The notes below the pieces were generated by a model that searched no databases, was not told where the DNA came from, and saw only the letters and a program-made list of their open reading frames with translations. Shown one piece after another: positions 1-9,737 of a stretch of DNA of 64,000 nt (within the stretch, counting starts at the first letter, position 1; each line of letters opens with the position of its first letter). The position numbers were made by a program, and so were the translations under genes. This stretch comes from Calditrichales bacterium (GTDB lineage: Bacteria > Calditrichota > Calditrichia > Calditrichales > J004): NCBI GenBank assembly GCA_965267575.1, contig OZ254086.1, positions 4,480,001 through 4,544,000 on the forward strand, read 5' to 3'.

Positions 1-2
1 AC

Positions 3-785
3 ATACAGGTTGAAAAAGGCCTGGACCTTGACGAGCTTCGCCAGGCCATACGTGAAGAGTATGACGCCGTGGCCCGCACTCCGCGACGCGGCTTTCACTT
101 TCATACAGGCAGAAAACTGGCACGCATGCTTGGCTACGATGAATCGTGGCTGACCTTTATCCCGGAAAGCAGCATCGCCTCTTTTGCAGGAACGGGCAAT
201 CCCTTCCGCATCAGACCGATCGTGCCCGGTGAAAATGTGGTGGATGTAGGCAGCGGCGCGGGCATGGACAGCCTGATTGCCGCCGAACGGGTGAGTCCCT
301 CCGGTATGGTAATAGGCGTGGATATGACCATGGCGATGGTTAAGAAGGCACAGATGGCTGCCACCATGCCGCTGGCTGAAAACGTGGATTTCCGCCTTGG
401 CTACGCCGAAGACCTGCCCGTAGAGGACGGCTGGGCCGACGTGGTGATCTCCAACGGCGTGCTGAACCTTACCCCGGACAAAGCGGCCACCTTCCGCGAG
501 ATGGCGCGCGTACTTAAACCGGGCGGCCGTCTGCAGATCGCCGACATACTTGTTAAAACGCCGGTGCCGCTGGCTTCCAAGCAGATACCCGAGCTTTGGA
601 CAGGCTGCATTGCCGGGGCACTGATGGAGGATGAACTGGAAGCACTGCTTTCCGCCGCCGGTTTTGAAGATATGCAGATAACCTGGTCGGCAGATGTTTA
701 CGACGGAGCGCCGCAATCGAGTAGCGCGGCCAATTTCGGAACAGTCGGTATCAACTTCTTCGCACGTAAACCGTGGGAGTATTAA
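3..785 (+). CDS. ArsM-like SAM-dependent methyltransferase, 5'-truncated by window edge
   Basis: Frame is open from position 3 (IQVEKGLDLDELRQAIREEYDAV...). SAM motif VVDVGSGAGMD, DVVISNGVLNL, RVLKPGGRL, WTGCIAGAL. Confidence 0.75.
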   Translation: MQVEKGLDLDELRQAIREEYDAVARTPRRGFHFHTGRKLARMLGYDESWLTFIPESSIASFAGTGNPFRIRPIVPGENVVDVGSGAGMDSLIAAERVSPSGMVIGVDMTMAMVKKAQMAATMPLAENVDFRLGYAEDLPVEDGWADVVISNGVLNLTPDKAATFREMARVLKPGGRLQIADILVKTPVPLASKQIPELWTGCIAGALMEDELEALLSAAGFEDMQITWSADVYDGAPQSSSAANFGTVGINFFARKPWEY

Positions 786-854
786 GCCGGCATGGTTGCC
801 GCAAAACACAGAACGCTGCAACAATCAACAAAAGATTCGTATGTAGCTCACTTA

Positions 855-898
855 AAACCCGGGCCGTTCGCCTTTGCGTGGATCGCCCGGATTTTTTT
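855..898 (+). terminator. Probable intrinsic terminator
   Basis: ccgggc...gcccgg stem followed by a T run after the methyltransferase gene. Confidence 0.5.
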
Positions 899-932
899 AA
901 CGCGAATGAGACAATCATAATAGAGAAGAATA

Positions 933-1388
933 ATGCTGCTTAGAGAACAGACGGAAGTATATGCCAGCCCGGCGGAAATTTTCAGGTTTTTTGAAAATAT
1001 GGAACAGAACTACCGCTACTGGCACCCAGACCATATCACTTTTAAGTGGACCCGCGGCAATGAGCTAAAAGCGGGTAGCGAGTTTTATTTTGAAGAGTAC
1101 ATAAATGGCAAGCTGATGAAAAAGCGTGTCCGTTTTACCCGCATAGAACAGGACCGGCTGATCGAATTTGAACCAACCTGGTGGCTGATGCGGCTGTTCA
1201 TGCCGCGGCTTAGCTTCCGCACGGAGCCGCAGGAAAATTTCACGCTGTTCACCGCCGAGATCGTGATCCGTACCGGTCCGCTTGGAGCGTGGCTGAACCG
1301 GCGTGAGTTTGACGCTGTAAAAAAGCACATGGCCGAAGAAGGAGAAAACATGAAAGAGATCGTGGAAGGTACATCAACGAAAGCTTAA
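933..1388 (+). CDS. SRPBCC/polyketide cyclase-like family protein
   Basis: ASPAEIFRFF..NY.YWHPDH N-terminus and C-terminal helix typical of SRPBCC folds. Confidence 0.65.
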   Translation: MLLREQTEVYASPAEIFRFFENMEQNYRYWHPDHITFKWTRGNELKAGSEFYFEEYINGKLMKKRVRFTRIEQDRLIEFEPTWWLMRLFMPRLSFRTEPQENFTLFTAEIVIRTGPLGAWLNRREFDAVKKHMAEEGENMKEIVEGTSTKA

Positions 1389-1591
1389 TAGCTGTGCCGC
1401 CTGTTTGAATACCCGCCTTACAATGGTTCGGAATTTGTCCTTTTTTCAATGCCCTGCCCCGGCCTGCTAAAAACAACAGCGGGCTTTGCGATTTAATCAC
1501 CAAATGTATTTTATTTAACTGCCCTGTTTCCCTAATTCTGTTAAGCATGATAGGTGCTTTTTGAGACCTTTAAAATTTGAGAGGGGCGATC

Positions 1592-3361
1592 ATGGCGGAG
1601 AAGAAAAAAAAGGAAATGACCTACCGGCGCAAGGCAATCGAAATAGCGCGCGAGCATTGGGAAAAGCAAAAAGAAAAAGCGATCAAAGAGCGCGAGGTTT
1701 TTCGCGGACTGCAGATCGTTCCCAAAGCCAGCTTTTATGACGATTCCAAAGGGCATAAACCCGGGGAAAATAACTGGAAAGGTTTTGGATTTGATCTGCA
1801 CCCCTATGTTTCTTTTGTTGCCGGCGGACTTGTTCTTTTGTTTATCGCATTCACAATAATCTTCGACCAACAATCGGCCATATTTTTTAAAGCGCTGCTG
1901 GATGGCATCGGCAATACGTTTGGCTGGCTCTATATTCTGGCAGCCAATTTTTTTGTGATTGTTATGATCCTCATCGCCGGCAGCCACTATGGCAAAATAA
2001 AGATCGGCGGACCGGACGCTTTGCCGGAATTCAGCACCTTTGCCTGGTATGCCATGCTGATAAGCGCGGGCATGGGCATTGGCCTGATGTTCTGGAGCGT
2101 GGCGGAGCCCATATTTCATTACATGACGCCTTCGCCAATGTTTGGTGTGGCGGCTCAATCTCCGGAATCGTCGCAGGTCGCTTTGGGCCTCACCTATTTT
2201 CATTGGGGCATACATCCCTGGGGCATTTACGCCCTGGTTGGCCTGTCACTGGCTTTCTTTGCCTATAACCGCGGGCTACCGCTTACCATCCGTTCGGTCT
2301 TCTATCCTCTGCTAGGCGAAAAGATCTATGGCTTCTGGGGCAACGTCATTGATGTTCTTTCGGTGCTGGCAACATTGTTTGGCCTGGCAACCTCGCTTGG
2401 GCTTGGCGTAAAGCAGGTTTCAGCCGGTCTGAACTACCTGTTCGGCTTTCCCGTCGGCGTTGAGTACTCCGTACTTCTGATTGGCATTATCACTTTTTTT
2501 GCGGTATTATCCGTAGTCGCAGGCCTGGATAAAGGCGTTAAGATGCTTAGCACGGCGAATATGTACATGGCAGGGCTTTTTATGCTGTTTTTGCTGATTG
2601 TAGGGCCAACCGTGTATATTCTGCAGGCTTTTACGCAAAACATTGGTTTCTATATTCAGAATCTGCCGCAACTCAGCTTTTGGACAGAAACGTTCTTCGG
2701 CAGTGAAGGATCTACCTGGCAAAACGCCTGGACCATTTTTTACTGGGGCTGGTGGATATCATGGTCGCCCTTTGTAGGCATGTTCATAGCCCGCGTCTCA
2801 AAGGGACGCACTATGCGTGAATTCATTCTCGGCGTGATGATATTTCCCACGCTGCTCTCGTTTTTATGGATGTCGACATTTGGCGGGTCCGCCTTGTGGC
2901 TGCAAACAACCGGCGTTGCCGATATCGTTGCCGCCGTAAATGCCGATGTTTCCACGGCGCTGTTTGCCATGCTGGAAAGCTTCCCGCTGACGGAAGTTAC
3001 ATCCATTATCGGCGTACTGCTGGTAACCATCTTTTTTATCACTTCCTCCGATTCCGGTTCGCTTGTTGTTGACCACCTGACCTCCGGCGGCAAGCTGGAT
3101 TCGCCTGTTCCACAGCGCGTTTTCTGGGCGGTAACCGAAGGGCTTTGCGCGGCGGCGCTGCTGTTGGGCGGCGGCTTAACGGCCCTGCAAAGCGCATCCA
3201 TCGCCAGCGGCCTGCCCTTTACGATTGTACTGCTGGTTATGTGCTACAGCCTGTACCGCGGTTTGCAGGAAGAATACTACCATATCCAGATCATTGAAAA
3301 GATCAAACCAAAAACGGAAAAATTCGAAATACCGGTCGGCAAAAAGCCTTCGGACAACTAG
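1592..3361 (+). CDS. BCCT family betaine/carnitine/choline transporter
   Basis: Motifs AGMGIGLMFWSVAEP, FHWGIHPW, WTIFYWGWWISWSPFVGMFIARVSKGRT, ITSSDSGS. ATG at 1592 follows gagggg. Confidence 0.95.
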   Translation: MAEKKKKEMTYRRKAIEIAREHWEKQKEKAIKEREVFRGLQIVPKASFYDDSKGHKPGENNWKGFGFDLHPYVSFVAGGLVLLFIAFTIIFDQQSAIFFKALLDGIGNTFGWLYILAANFFVIVMILIAGSHYGKIKIGGPDALPEFSTFAWYAMLISAGMGIGLMFWSVAEPIFHYMTPSPMFGVAAQSPESSQVALGLTYFHWGIHPWGIYALVGLSLAFFAYNRGLPLTIRSVFYPLLGEKIYGFWGNVIDVLSVLATLFGLATSLGLGVKQVSAGLNYLFGFPVGVEYSVLLIGIITFFAVLSVVAGLDKGVKMLSTANMYMAGLFMLFLLIVGPTVYILQAFTQNIGFYIQNLPQLSFWTETFFGSEGSTWQNAWTIFYWGWWISWSPFVGMFIARVSKGRTMREFILGVMIFPTLLSFLWMSTFGGSALWLQTTGVADIVAAVNADVSTALFAMLESFPLTEVTSIIGVLLVTIFFITSSDSGSLVVDHLTSGGKLDSPVPQRVFWAVTEGLCAAALLLGGGLTALQSASIASGLPFTIVLLVMCYSLYRGLQEEYYHIQIIEKIKPKTEKFEIPVGKKPSDN

Positions 3362-3473
3362 GAAGCCTCAGCGCGTATTTAACGGGCATGCTTTTATGTT
3401 GAAATAGCGGTTATTTATAGCTATTCTTTAAAGCATTTCTATTTTGCCTTCCTAACCAAAAGGAGACCCGGCC

Positions 3474-5348
3474 ATGAAGAAGCCTGCCCTGTCCGCGTTG
3501 TTTCTGGTTATTATGCTTTTTTCCGTTAATGCCTATTTACAGGAAACGTCCGTTCCCAAAGCGGGAGAAGAACCCCAAACCGGTGTGCAAACACTTGGTG
3601 ACAATCCGTTGCAACCTCTTTTTTCATGGTCCGGAAACGGCGGGATTATTTTTACAAAGGCTGTATTTTTGGGCATTGGCAATCCGGCAGATACACTATT
3701 TTTAAACACACTCCCGCCAAATGCTGATATCGTTCAGGCCTATTTTGCGATTACAAGCTGGCAGAACAGAGCGACGACGGCTTCAGCTACTTTCAACGCT
3801 ACGTCCCTTGGGCCGGACTCCGCCGCCGCAATCGATCAGGGAAGTATCTATTTTCTTAGCCATTATCGGTGGGACGTTACCGATTTGATTACCGGCAACG
3901 GCGCCTTTCCGTTTACAACCTCCGACATCAATCTATGTTACCTCGTCTATCTGCTGGTTGTCTACGAGGATGCCGGTTCTCCTCCGGTTACTGTACTGAT
4001 CAATGATGGTTCGGAATCTCTTCAGGACGATACATCTTCGACCTATTTCAACAACACAGGCGCACAACAAACGGGTAACATATTATTATACACACAGGCA
4101 AGTGATCCGAACAGCGGTTTTGACGAATATGTTGTTCTAAACGGCGATACAGTTATCGGACCCGGCCAGGTTTTCAACTCCAACCTGGGTTCTTTTGCCG
4201 ATGAGATTATTCTTAAGAACGTGGAAATCCTCGAGGGAATGAACAAAATAACCATTTTTCCCGGTAGTGATTGGCTTGGGTTCCATCTTGCGATTCTTAC
4301 AGACGCTGAGCTTACTTCTGACACGGGAGAACAAATTACAGTAAATAGCAATGATATTCTCGGCACGATAGGCAAGACACATACGATTGAGGAAGATACA
4401 ACCGGCAATGTGGCGATTAATGTAGGGACACCCGGCGTAAACCAAACCTGGGATCTAAGCGGCGTTTCGGTACAGGCTGAAATGCGCGAAGTTAGTTACG
4501 TCAATCCGGCTGCTACACCCTTTGCGGTTGATTTTCCTGCGGCGAACTTTGCGCGCGGAACAATGGACCTCATCGACGATACCCTAGCCGAATCCTATGA
4601 ATATGCCAATGTAACTTCTTCTGCCTATAATTTCCTGGGCTTTGCCTTCTCTTATGGCGATTCCGTTTTTGTATCCGATGAAGAGGATGAATCCGTACCA
4701 CTGCCTCTACAATACGGCAGTATGTGGCAAACAACCTCCAGTGATACGATTGGCGATCCGGCAACGTTTGCCATCGTCAATACCGATACAACCAATAACA
4801 CGGTAGACGGTTGGGGAACATTAGTTTTGCCCTCGGCGAGCTATGCGGCCCTGCGCATTCGCTTTGATGAAAAAAGCACTCAAACAACTATCGTTTCAGG
4901 TCAGGCAACCTCAACAGAAAGCACGACCTACATCGGCTATACCTGGATTTCCGACGATGAATTTGTACTGGCCGAAGCGGAAAGCCAGGAAAACGAGACC
5001 AATCCGAATTTTACGTCGGCCAGCAATTTCTTCCGGCTGATAAACAGCGCAACAGCTCTGCCGCAAGATCGTCCGGTCAAACCGCTGGCATTTGAACTGC
5101 AGCAGAACTACCCCAACCCGTTTAACCCGCTTACAAAGATTGAATATACCCTTCAAAAGGCCGGCTTTGTTGAGCTGGCGGTTTTTGATGCCCTGGGCCG
5201 AAGGGTGGCGCTGCTGTTCAGCGGTAACCAAAGCGCAGGTAAGCATAGCGTATCTTTCCATGCGAACAATCTGCCAAGCGGTATTTACCTGTACCGCCTG
5301 CGTACTGCGCAAGACATATCGGTAAAGAAGATGTTGCTGTTGAAGTAA
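3474..5348 (+). CDS. Secreted protein with C-terminal T9SS-A/FlgD-like sorting domain
   Basis: Signal peptide; FELQQNYPNPFNPLT...LPSGIYLYRL...KKMLLLK; RBS aaggag. Confidence 0.8.
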   Translation: MKKPALSALFLVIMLFSVNAYLQETSVPKAGEEPQTGVQTLGDNPLQPLFSWSGNGGIIFTKAVFLGIGNPADTLFLNTLPPNADIVQAYFAITSWQNRATTASATFNATSLGPDSAAAIDQGSIYFLSHYRWDVTDLITGNGAFPFTTSDINLCYLVYLLVVYEDAGSPPVTVLINDGSESLQDDTSSTYFNNTGAQQTGNILLYTQASDPNSGFDEYVVLNGDTVIGPGQVFNSNLGSFADEIILKNVEILEGMNKITIFPGSDWLGFHLAILTDAELTSDTGEQITVNSNDILGTIGKTHTIEEDTTGNVAINVGTPGVNQTWDLSGVSVQAEMREVSYVNPAATPFAVDFPAANFARGTMDLIDDTLAESYEYANVTSSAYNFLGFAFSYGDSVFVSDEEDESVPLPLQYGSMWQTTSSDTIGDPATFAIVNTDTTNNTVDGWGTLVLPSASYAALRIRFDEKSTQTTIVSGQATSTESTTYIGYTWISDDEFVLAEAESQENETNPNFTSASNFFRLINSATALPQDRPVKPLAFELQQNYPNPFNPLTKIEYTLQKAGFVELAVFDALGRRVALLFSGNQSAGKHSVSFHANNLPSGIYLYRLRTAQDISVKKMLLLK

Positions 5349-5445
5349 CACAGGATTAGTCCCAGTTTAGCAAAGGGGTCCAGGGGGTGACTGTTTTAGT
5401 AATAAGCATTATGCCGCATTACTACCCCTGGTCTCGAGACGAAAA

Positions 5446-5850
5446 ATGAATGCAACAGACAGGCAAGCCCGCCACAACGCCAACGCCCCATACTGGGCCG
5501 CGGGTTTGCTGATTTTGGGCGCAACGGGTCTCGCCACCATATGGACAAACCTGGGCGGTTTCTGGAATGGCTATGTGCTGGATATAACCGGCCCCGCCTG
5601 GAACTACATTCTGTTTCGCGGCCTCTATACGTCCTACGCCGAAAACAGCTGGACGCACTTTTTCACACCCGTCAGGACGGTTACAATCTTTATCATTGTC
5701 TGCTTTGCAATAGAAACCGCCCAGTATTTTAAACTTTATCCGGCCACCTTTGACCCGTGGGATTATCTTGCCTATGTTTCAATGCTCGTACCGCTGTTTA
5801 TTGTGGATGCAATCTTTTTGAAAAAAACAAAACCGAAGACTGTGGTGTAG
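5446..5850 (+). CDS. Small membrane protein (DUF2809/VanZ-like)
   Basis: Four hydrophobic segments; IETAQY and TFDPWDYLAY motifs. Confidence 0.5.
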   Translation: MNATDRQARHNANAPYWAAGLLILGATGLATIWTNLGGFWNGYVLDITGPAWNYILFRGLYTSYAENSWTHFFTPVRTVTIFIIVCFAIETAQYFKLYPATFDPWDYLAYVSMLVPLFIVDAIFLKKTKPKTVV

Positions 5851-5971
5851 ATTCAGTTGAAAACTTACCTCAATCAGCGGATATGATGTGAATGCTGAAG
5901 CAATATAACATTAGACAACTAGATCTTTAATAATATCCAGAGAGGATAATAAGAAATACCGGAAGGAAAAC

Positions 5972-6175
5972 ATGGAAAAGCAAACTCAGAAAATGGCCTG
6001 CCTGGTGTGTGGCACAGAGTCGAATTCTATCCCGTTAATTTCTCTGGATTACCAGGGAAAAAAATTGTGGATATGCCCGCAGCACCTGCCGGTCTTGATA
6101 CATAATCCAACGCAGCTTGCCGGAAAACTTGCCGGAGCAGAAGACATGAAGCCGGCTGACCATAAAGATCACTAA
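5972..6175 (+). CDS. Small putative zinc-binding protein
   Basis: CLVC and CPQH pairs; RBS-like gaagg upstream. Confidence 0.55.
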   Translation: MEKQTQKMACLVCGTESNSIPLISLDYQGKKLWICPQHLPVLIHNPTQLAGKLAGAEDMKPADHKDH

Positions 6176-6178
6176 TAT

Positions 6179-6454
6179 TTAGTAAACACGGTCATGAGGA
6201 CCGACATCAATTAAAATGATATCATTTTCAGCAATGATTAATTCGAGAGTGATGCGGTAGGATATGTTGATTGATACGGAATGTAGCCCTTTCAATTTAC
6301 CCTTTAATTCATGCAACCTTAGGGATGGATGTTGAGGATCTATTTCCAGTAGCTTCAATGTTTTTTCATATTGTCCAAGCAGTTCCGGATGCTTTTTTAT
6401 AAATTTTCCGGCGCGCTTATTATAGCTCTTAGTGTAAATGATCCTATAAGCCAT
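6179..6454 (-). CDS. RelE/YafQ-superfamily type II toxin
   Basis: HPSLRLHELKGKL, SINISYRI, DVGPHDRVY; overlaps the antitoxin stop. Confidence 0.85.
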   Translation of the reverse strand: MAYRIIYTKSYNKRAGKFIKKHPELLGQYEKTLKLLEIDPQHPSLRLHELKGKLKGLHSVSINISYRITLELIIAENDIILIDVGPHDRVY

Positions 6455-6698
6455 CCCTTATCCTTTTAATATGATCACTTACGCTTTCAACAACATAATT
6501 CCCGGCTTCTACATCGGCCCTGGCCTGATGAACGGCAGCTTCCAGCTCACACTCCCGCAGGTAGTTATAATGCTCCATGTTCATAACAACATAACTATCT
6601 TTACCACGAACCGTGATGACTAATTCATTTTCATCTTTAAGATGGCTTTCGATTGCGGAAACGCCCTTGGTTTTTAATTCGTTTGCCGTGATACCCAT
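6444..6698 (-). CDS. Phd/YefM-family antitoxin
   Basis: MGITANELKTKG...VITVRGKDSYVVM; ATG at 6698 with ggag RBS; directly upstream of the toxin. Confidence 0.85.
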   Translation of the reverse strand: MGITANELKTKGVSAIESHLKDENELVITVRGKDSYVVMNMEHYNYLRECELEAAVHQARADVEAGNYVVESVSDHIKRIRDGL

Positions 6699-6920
6699 TT
6701 TAACATCTCCTTTATCAACACTTTCTAAAGAACTTTTTACAATACTATTTATAGTGCGAATATAGACTTTGTTCCCATTTTTGTCAAACATGGTGGGTAG
6801 CTCGTTTTTGAGCAGCCCAAGCAACAAACACTTCTTGAAATACCCTGCAAAATAGTTTTTCTGTGCGTAAAGATTTATGTATTTTCAAGAAAGTATATAT
6901 CGAACAAAAAAGGAATTACC

Positions 6921-7601
6921 GTGTCTGTGCTAAAAGGCCCTGCAAACGTAGTACTACTGGTTATCTCTTTATTTATCTCCTGCAGCGATGAAGCATTGTC
7001 TCCTACTGAAAAAGAGACCCACGAAACAACCGTTACGGATGTAGACGGCAACGTTTACAGAACGATTAAAATTGGTAACCAGATATGGATGGCGGAAAAC
7101 CTTAGAGTTACTCGCTTCCGCAATGGCCAGCCTATTGCCCATGTAAAAGACGCCAACGCGTGGATGAGTCTTTCCACTGGCGCCTATTGTTACTATCAAA
7201 ATGATGATAGTAGTGGCAGCAGCGGCCTGCTGTACAATTGGTTCGCTGTTAACAGTTCATTGAACCTGGCGCCGGAAGGCTGGCATGTGGCAAGTGATGA
7301 TGACTGGAAAGAACTGGAAACGTATCTCGGGATGAACGCATCTGACGTTGATCAGGTCGGCTTTCGCAACACGGGTGATAGCCGCCTGCTGGATGATGGC
7401 AATTTTGGCGCGTTGTTTGGCGGCTATCGCGGGGTGGACGGCAAATTCAACGATATGGGTAACCTGGGCTATTGGTGGACTTCAACGGAGTTTTGCAGGC
7501 TGAATTCCTGGAACCGCGGCCTTGCTATTGAAAGTAACATGGTATACCGTAATTTTGACTCCAAGCTGTATGGCTTTAGTGTACGCTGTGTGAAGGATTA
7601 G
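6921..7601 (+). CDS. Fibrobacter succinogenes major paralogous domain (FISUMP) lipoprotein
   Basis: Lipobox LFISC; DGNVYRTIKIGNQIWMAENL, GLLYNW, PEGWHV, GFSVRCVKD. Confidence 0.9.
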   Translation: MSVLKGPANVVLLVISLFISCSDEALSPTEKETHETTVTDVDGNVYRTIKIGNQIWMAENLRVTRFRNGQPIAHVKDANAWMSLSTGAYCYYQNDDSSGSSGLLYNWFAVNSSLNLAPEGWHVASDDDWKELETYLGMNASDVDQVGFRNTGDSRLLDDGNFGALFGGYRGVDGKFNDMGNLGYWWTSTEFCRLNSWNRGLAIESNMVYRNFDSKLYGFSVRCVKD

Positions 7602-7673
7602 CAGGTTTTTAGTTTTTATAGTTAACCAAAAGCTAAGCGACTAAAAAATGATCATAACAAGGGTACTGGATTT

Positions 7674-8081
7674 TTGAACAGACTACCGAGATTATTGTCA
7701 GGCTTGAGTGGTGTCCTTTTGCTCGTAACGGCCTATTTCCACGCGCTTGGAACAAGCGCCGTACGCCAGGTCTTAAATGGCGCAAGTGTAGAGCGTTTCT
7801 TCCTTGAGGCTCTTCCAATTATCTGGTTATTTTTTTCCTGGCATTTAATAGCTGTGTCAATTCCTTTGCTATGGGCAGCAGTTACAAATCCGCGCTGGTT
7901 TCTGCCCTGTTCTATCTATTGCGGAGTTTTGGTCATCATCGATTTCTTTTGGGTGTTCAGTGTTGCAGGCTGGTTCCCTGGAACTTTCATCCTGCTTTTC
8001 GTGTTCGCGGTACTTTTAGTGACGACCTTAATATTGCTTAAGGAAAAGAATGCTTTGCCGCCTAAAAAACATTCAACCTGA
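7674..8081 (+). CDS. Hypothetical four-TM membrane protein
   Basis: Four hydrophobic helices; TTG start uncertain. Confidence 0.55.
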   Translation: MNRLPRLLSGLSGVLLLVTAYFHALGTSAVRQVLNGASVERFFLEALPIIWLFFSWHLIAVSIPLLWAAVTNPRWFLPCSIYCGVLVIIDFFWVFSVAGWFPGTFILLFVFAVLLVTTLILLKEKNALPPKKHST

Positions 8082-8196
8082 TGGATTTCCGTTTTTCTTA
8101 TTTCCCCCTTCTGCCCTCAAAGTCAAACTTTAGAAATCTGATGAAACGTGTCCACATCATATTCTTATATTAAGCCAAAACACCAGGCATAAGCAG

Positions 8197-8805
8197 ATGG
8201 ATATAAATTTAATAAAATCAAAATTCGGCGATGAATACCTGGCGGATGAAAATACCTTTATGATGGGAATTGACCAACGCTTTAGCCGGCACTTCGCTGA
8301 ACGCTTTGGGGGCCTACGCGTTTTGGAAACGTGCACAGGCGCAGGCTTCACAACTATTTCTCTTGCAAAAACGGCAAAGCACGTGGTTACCGTCGAAGTA
8401 AGCGAAGAGCACCAAAAACAAGCCGTGTATAATATTGGTAAAGCGGGGTTGGCAAAAGCCGTTACTTTTATAAAAGGTGACATTTTAGACAGTTCTATTA
8501 TCGATAATTTGCCTCCTATCGATGCTGCATTCATAGATCCTGATTGGGCTGTTTCCGGTCCTGATCACATCTACCGTTTTAAGAACTCAAATACTCTACC
8601 ACCGGCAGATATCTTGTTTAGGAAAGTCTACAACATCACCAAGAATGTGGCTATTATTTTACCACCATTAATAGACGTAAATGAGCTCAATGACTTACCC
8701 TCTCATGAGTGTGAAAAGCTTTTTCTTGGTAAAAGCCTTGAGCTATATTGTTTATATTTTGGACATTTAAAAAGAAAGTCAGGGGATAGCTTCTTTTATA
8801 TATAG
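8197..8805 (+). CDS. Class I SAM-dependent methyltransferase (Tgs1/RsmD-like)
   Basis: VLETCTGAGFTTISLA motif I; FIDPDW motif IV. Confidence 0.7.
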   Translation: MDINLIKSKFGDEYLADENTFMMGIDQRFSRHFAERFGGLRVLETCTGAGFTTISLAKTAKHVVTVEVSEEHQKQAVYNIGKAGLAKAVTFIKGDILDSSIIDNLPPIDAAFIDPDWAVSGPDHIYRFKNSNTLPPADILFRKVYNITKNVAIILPPLIDVNELNDLPSHECEKLFLGKSLELYCLYFGHLKRKSGDSFFYI

Positions 8806-8818
8806 ATATATGTTAATC

Positions 8819-8945
8819 CTTTAACAAGGCCAATCAACTTGACGCGAGTAGCCGAGCCGTTTTTGGAAGCTTTCTTGGCGGTGCGGTTTTCAGCAAGCGG
8901 GTTATAAGCACTTTTGTTGTTTTATTTAGTTTCCCGCTGCTTTCA
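8819..8945 (+). repeat. attC-like imperfect palindrome remnant
   Basis: Starts YYYAAC (ctttaac-aaggccaatcaacttgacgcg) just after a stop codon; internal imperfect inverted repeats; no clean GTTRRRY right end. Confidence 0.3.
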
Positions 8946-8951
8946 ATCCTT

Positions 8952-9530
8952 TCAAAAAACCAACCGTATCCCCAGCTGCTGCCCGTCAAACGTTATGCTT
9001 TCCAAAATCTGCCGCAACTGGTCGTGGTTGGAGCAATGCATCCAATAGAGCGCCGCGTCAAACACCAGTAAAAAGCCACCCTGTAAAATAATCGACTGCC
9101 CATAACCCTTCAGCCGGTCTTGCCTTTTGTTGTCGCGGGCCTTTTCAATCAGCCAGGCGCCGCCGGCCATGTAGGCCAGGTCCAGCCCGGCGTTAAACAG
9201 CAAAATCGATTCAATGCTCTGTTGCTCGCTGATGCTTTTGTATAGCGTTAAAGCCGTATCGGCAGTCACCGCGCCGTAGTAGCCGAAACCGGCAATGGCT
9301 AGGTTGACCACGTTCCAGGCGGCGTTCATCTGGTGAAAATATGTGCGGCTGCCCTCTTCGCGGAAGGTCTGGATGCCACCGGTGGCGATATTGGCCAGCG
9401 CCCAGCTGCCGAGTACCAGCATGCCGTTTTTGTTTAGCGTGTTGCGTGCTTCGTTAAACGAGGCCAGGTCGTTCTCCCCGGCCAGCGTCAGCCCGGCGGT
9501 TAAAAGCAGGATAGTTAAAATCGTTTTCAT
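8952..9530 (-). CDS. Conserved membrane protein with signal peptide
   Basis: GMLVLGSWA, FHQMNAAWNVVN, LFNAGLD, GYGQSIILQGGFL motifs. Confidence 0.7.
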   Translation of the reverse strand: MKTILTILLLTAGLTLAGENDLASFNEARNTLNKNGMLVLGSWALANIATGGIQTFREEGSRTYFHQMNAAWNVVNLAIAGFGYYGAVTADTALTLYKSISEQQSIESILLFNAGLDLAYMAGGAWLIEKARDNKRQDRLKGYGQSIILQGGFLLVFDAALYWMHCSNHDQLRQILESITFDGQQLGIRLVF

Positions 9531-9582
9531 GGCTTTTCCTTAAAGAGGATGTTAAAGAGGATGCCTGTGTTTTTATTCCTCG

Positions 9583-9641
9583 TCAGCCGTCAATCCAGCG
9601 CTTAAAATCGGTGGTGAGTTCAATGCTTACCAGCGCTTCAA
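9583..9641 (-). repeat. Diverged copy of the 3' end of the LytTR gene (direct repeat with 10579-10637)
   Basis: 51 of 59 nt match; encodes EALVSIELTTDFKRWIDG* versus EALVSIERTADFKRWIDG*. Confidence 0.9.
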
Positions 9642-9737
9642 AACAACACTCAAAATAATATTAGAAAATAGTTTTGATATGATTACGTATTATATATCTT
9701 CTTTAGGGCTATAGAACGATGTTGAAAGAATTCTTAA

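Noticed and set aside
595..625. Selenocysteine in the ArsM-like WTG-x-IAG motif
   Set aside because: The codon is TGC (Cys), so no recoding is needed.
1389..1591. Riboswitch upstream of the BCCT transporter
   Set aside because: No recognisable c-di-AMP, glycine or other aptamer consensus.
6699..6827. Longer antitoxin start
   Set aside because: The Phd-like N-terminus and RBS fit ATG 6698.
9540..9563. 12-bp tandem duplication TTAAAGAGGATG
   Set aside because: Only two copies; likely a slippage event without clear function.
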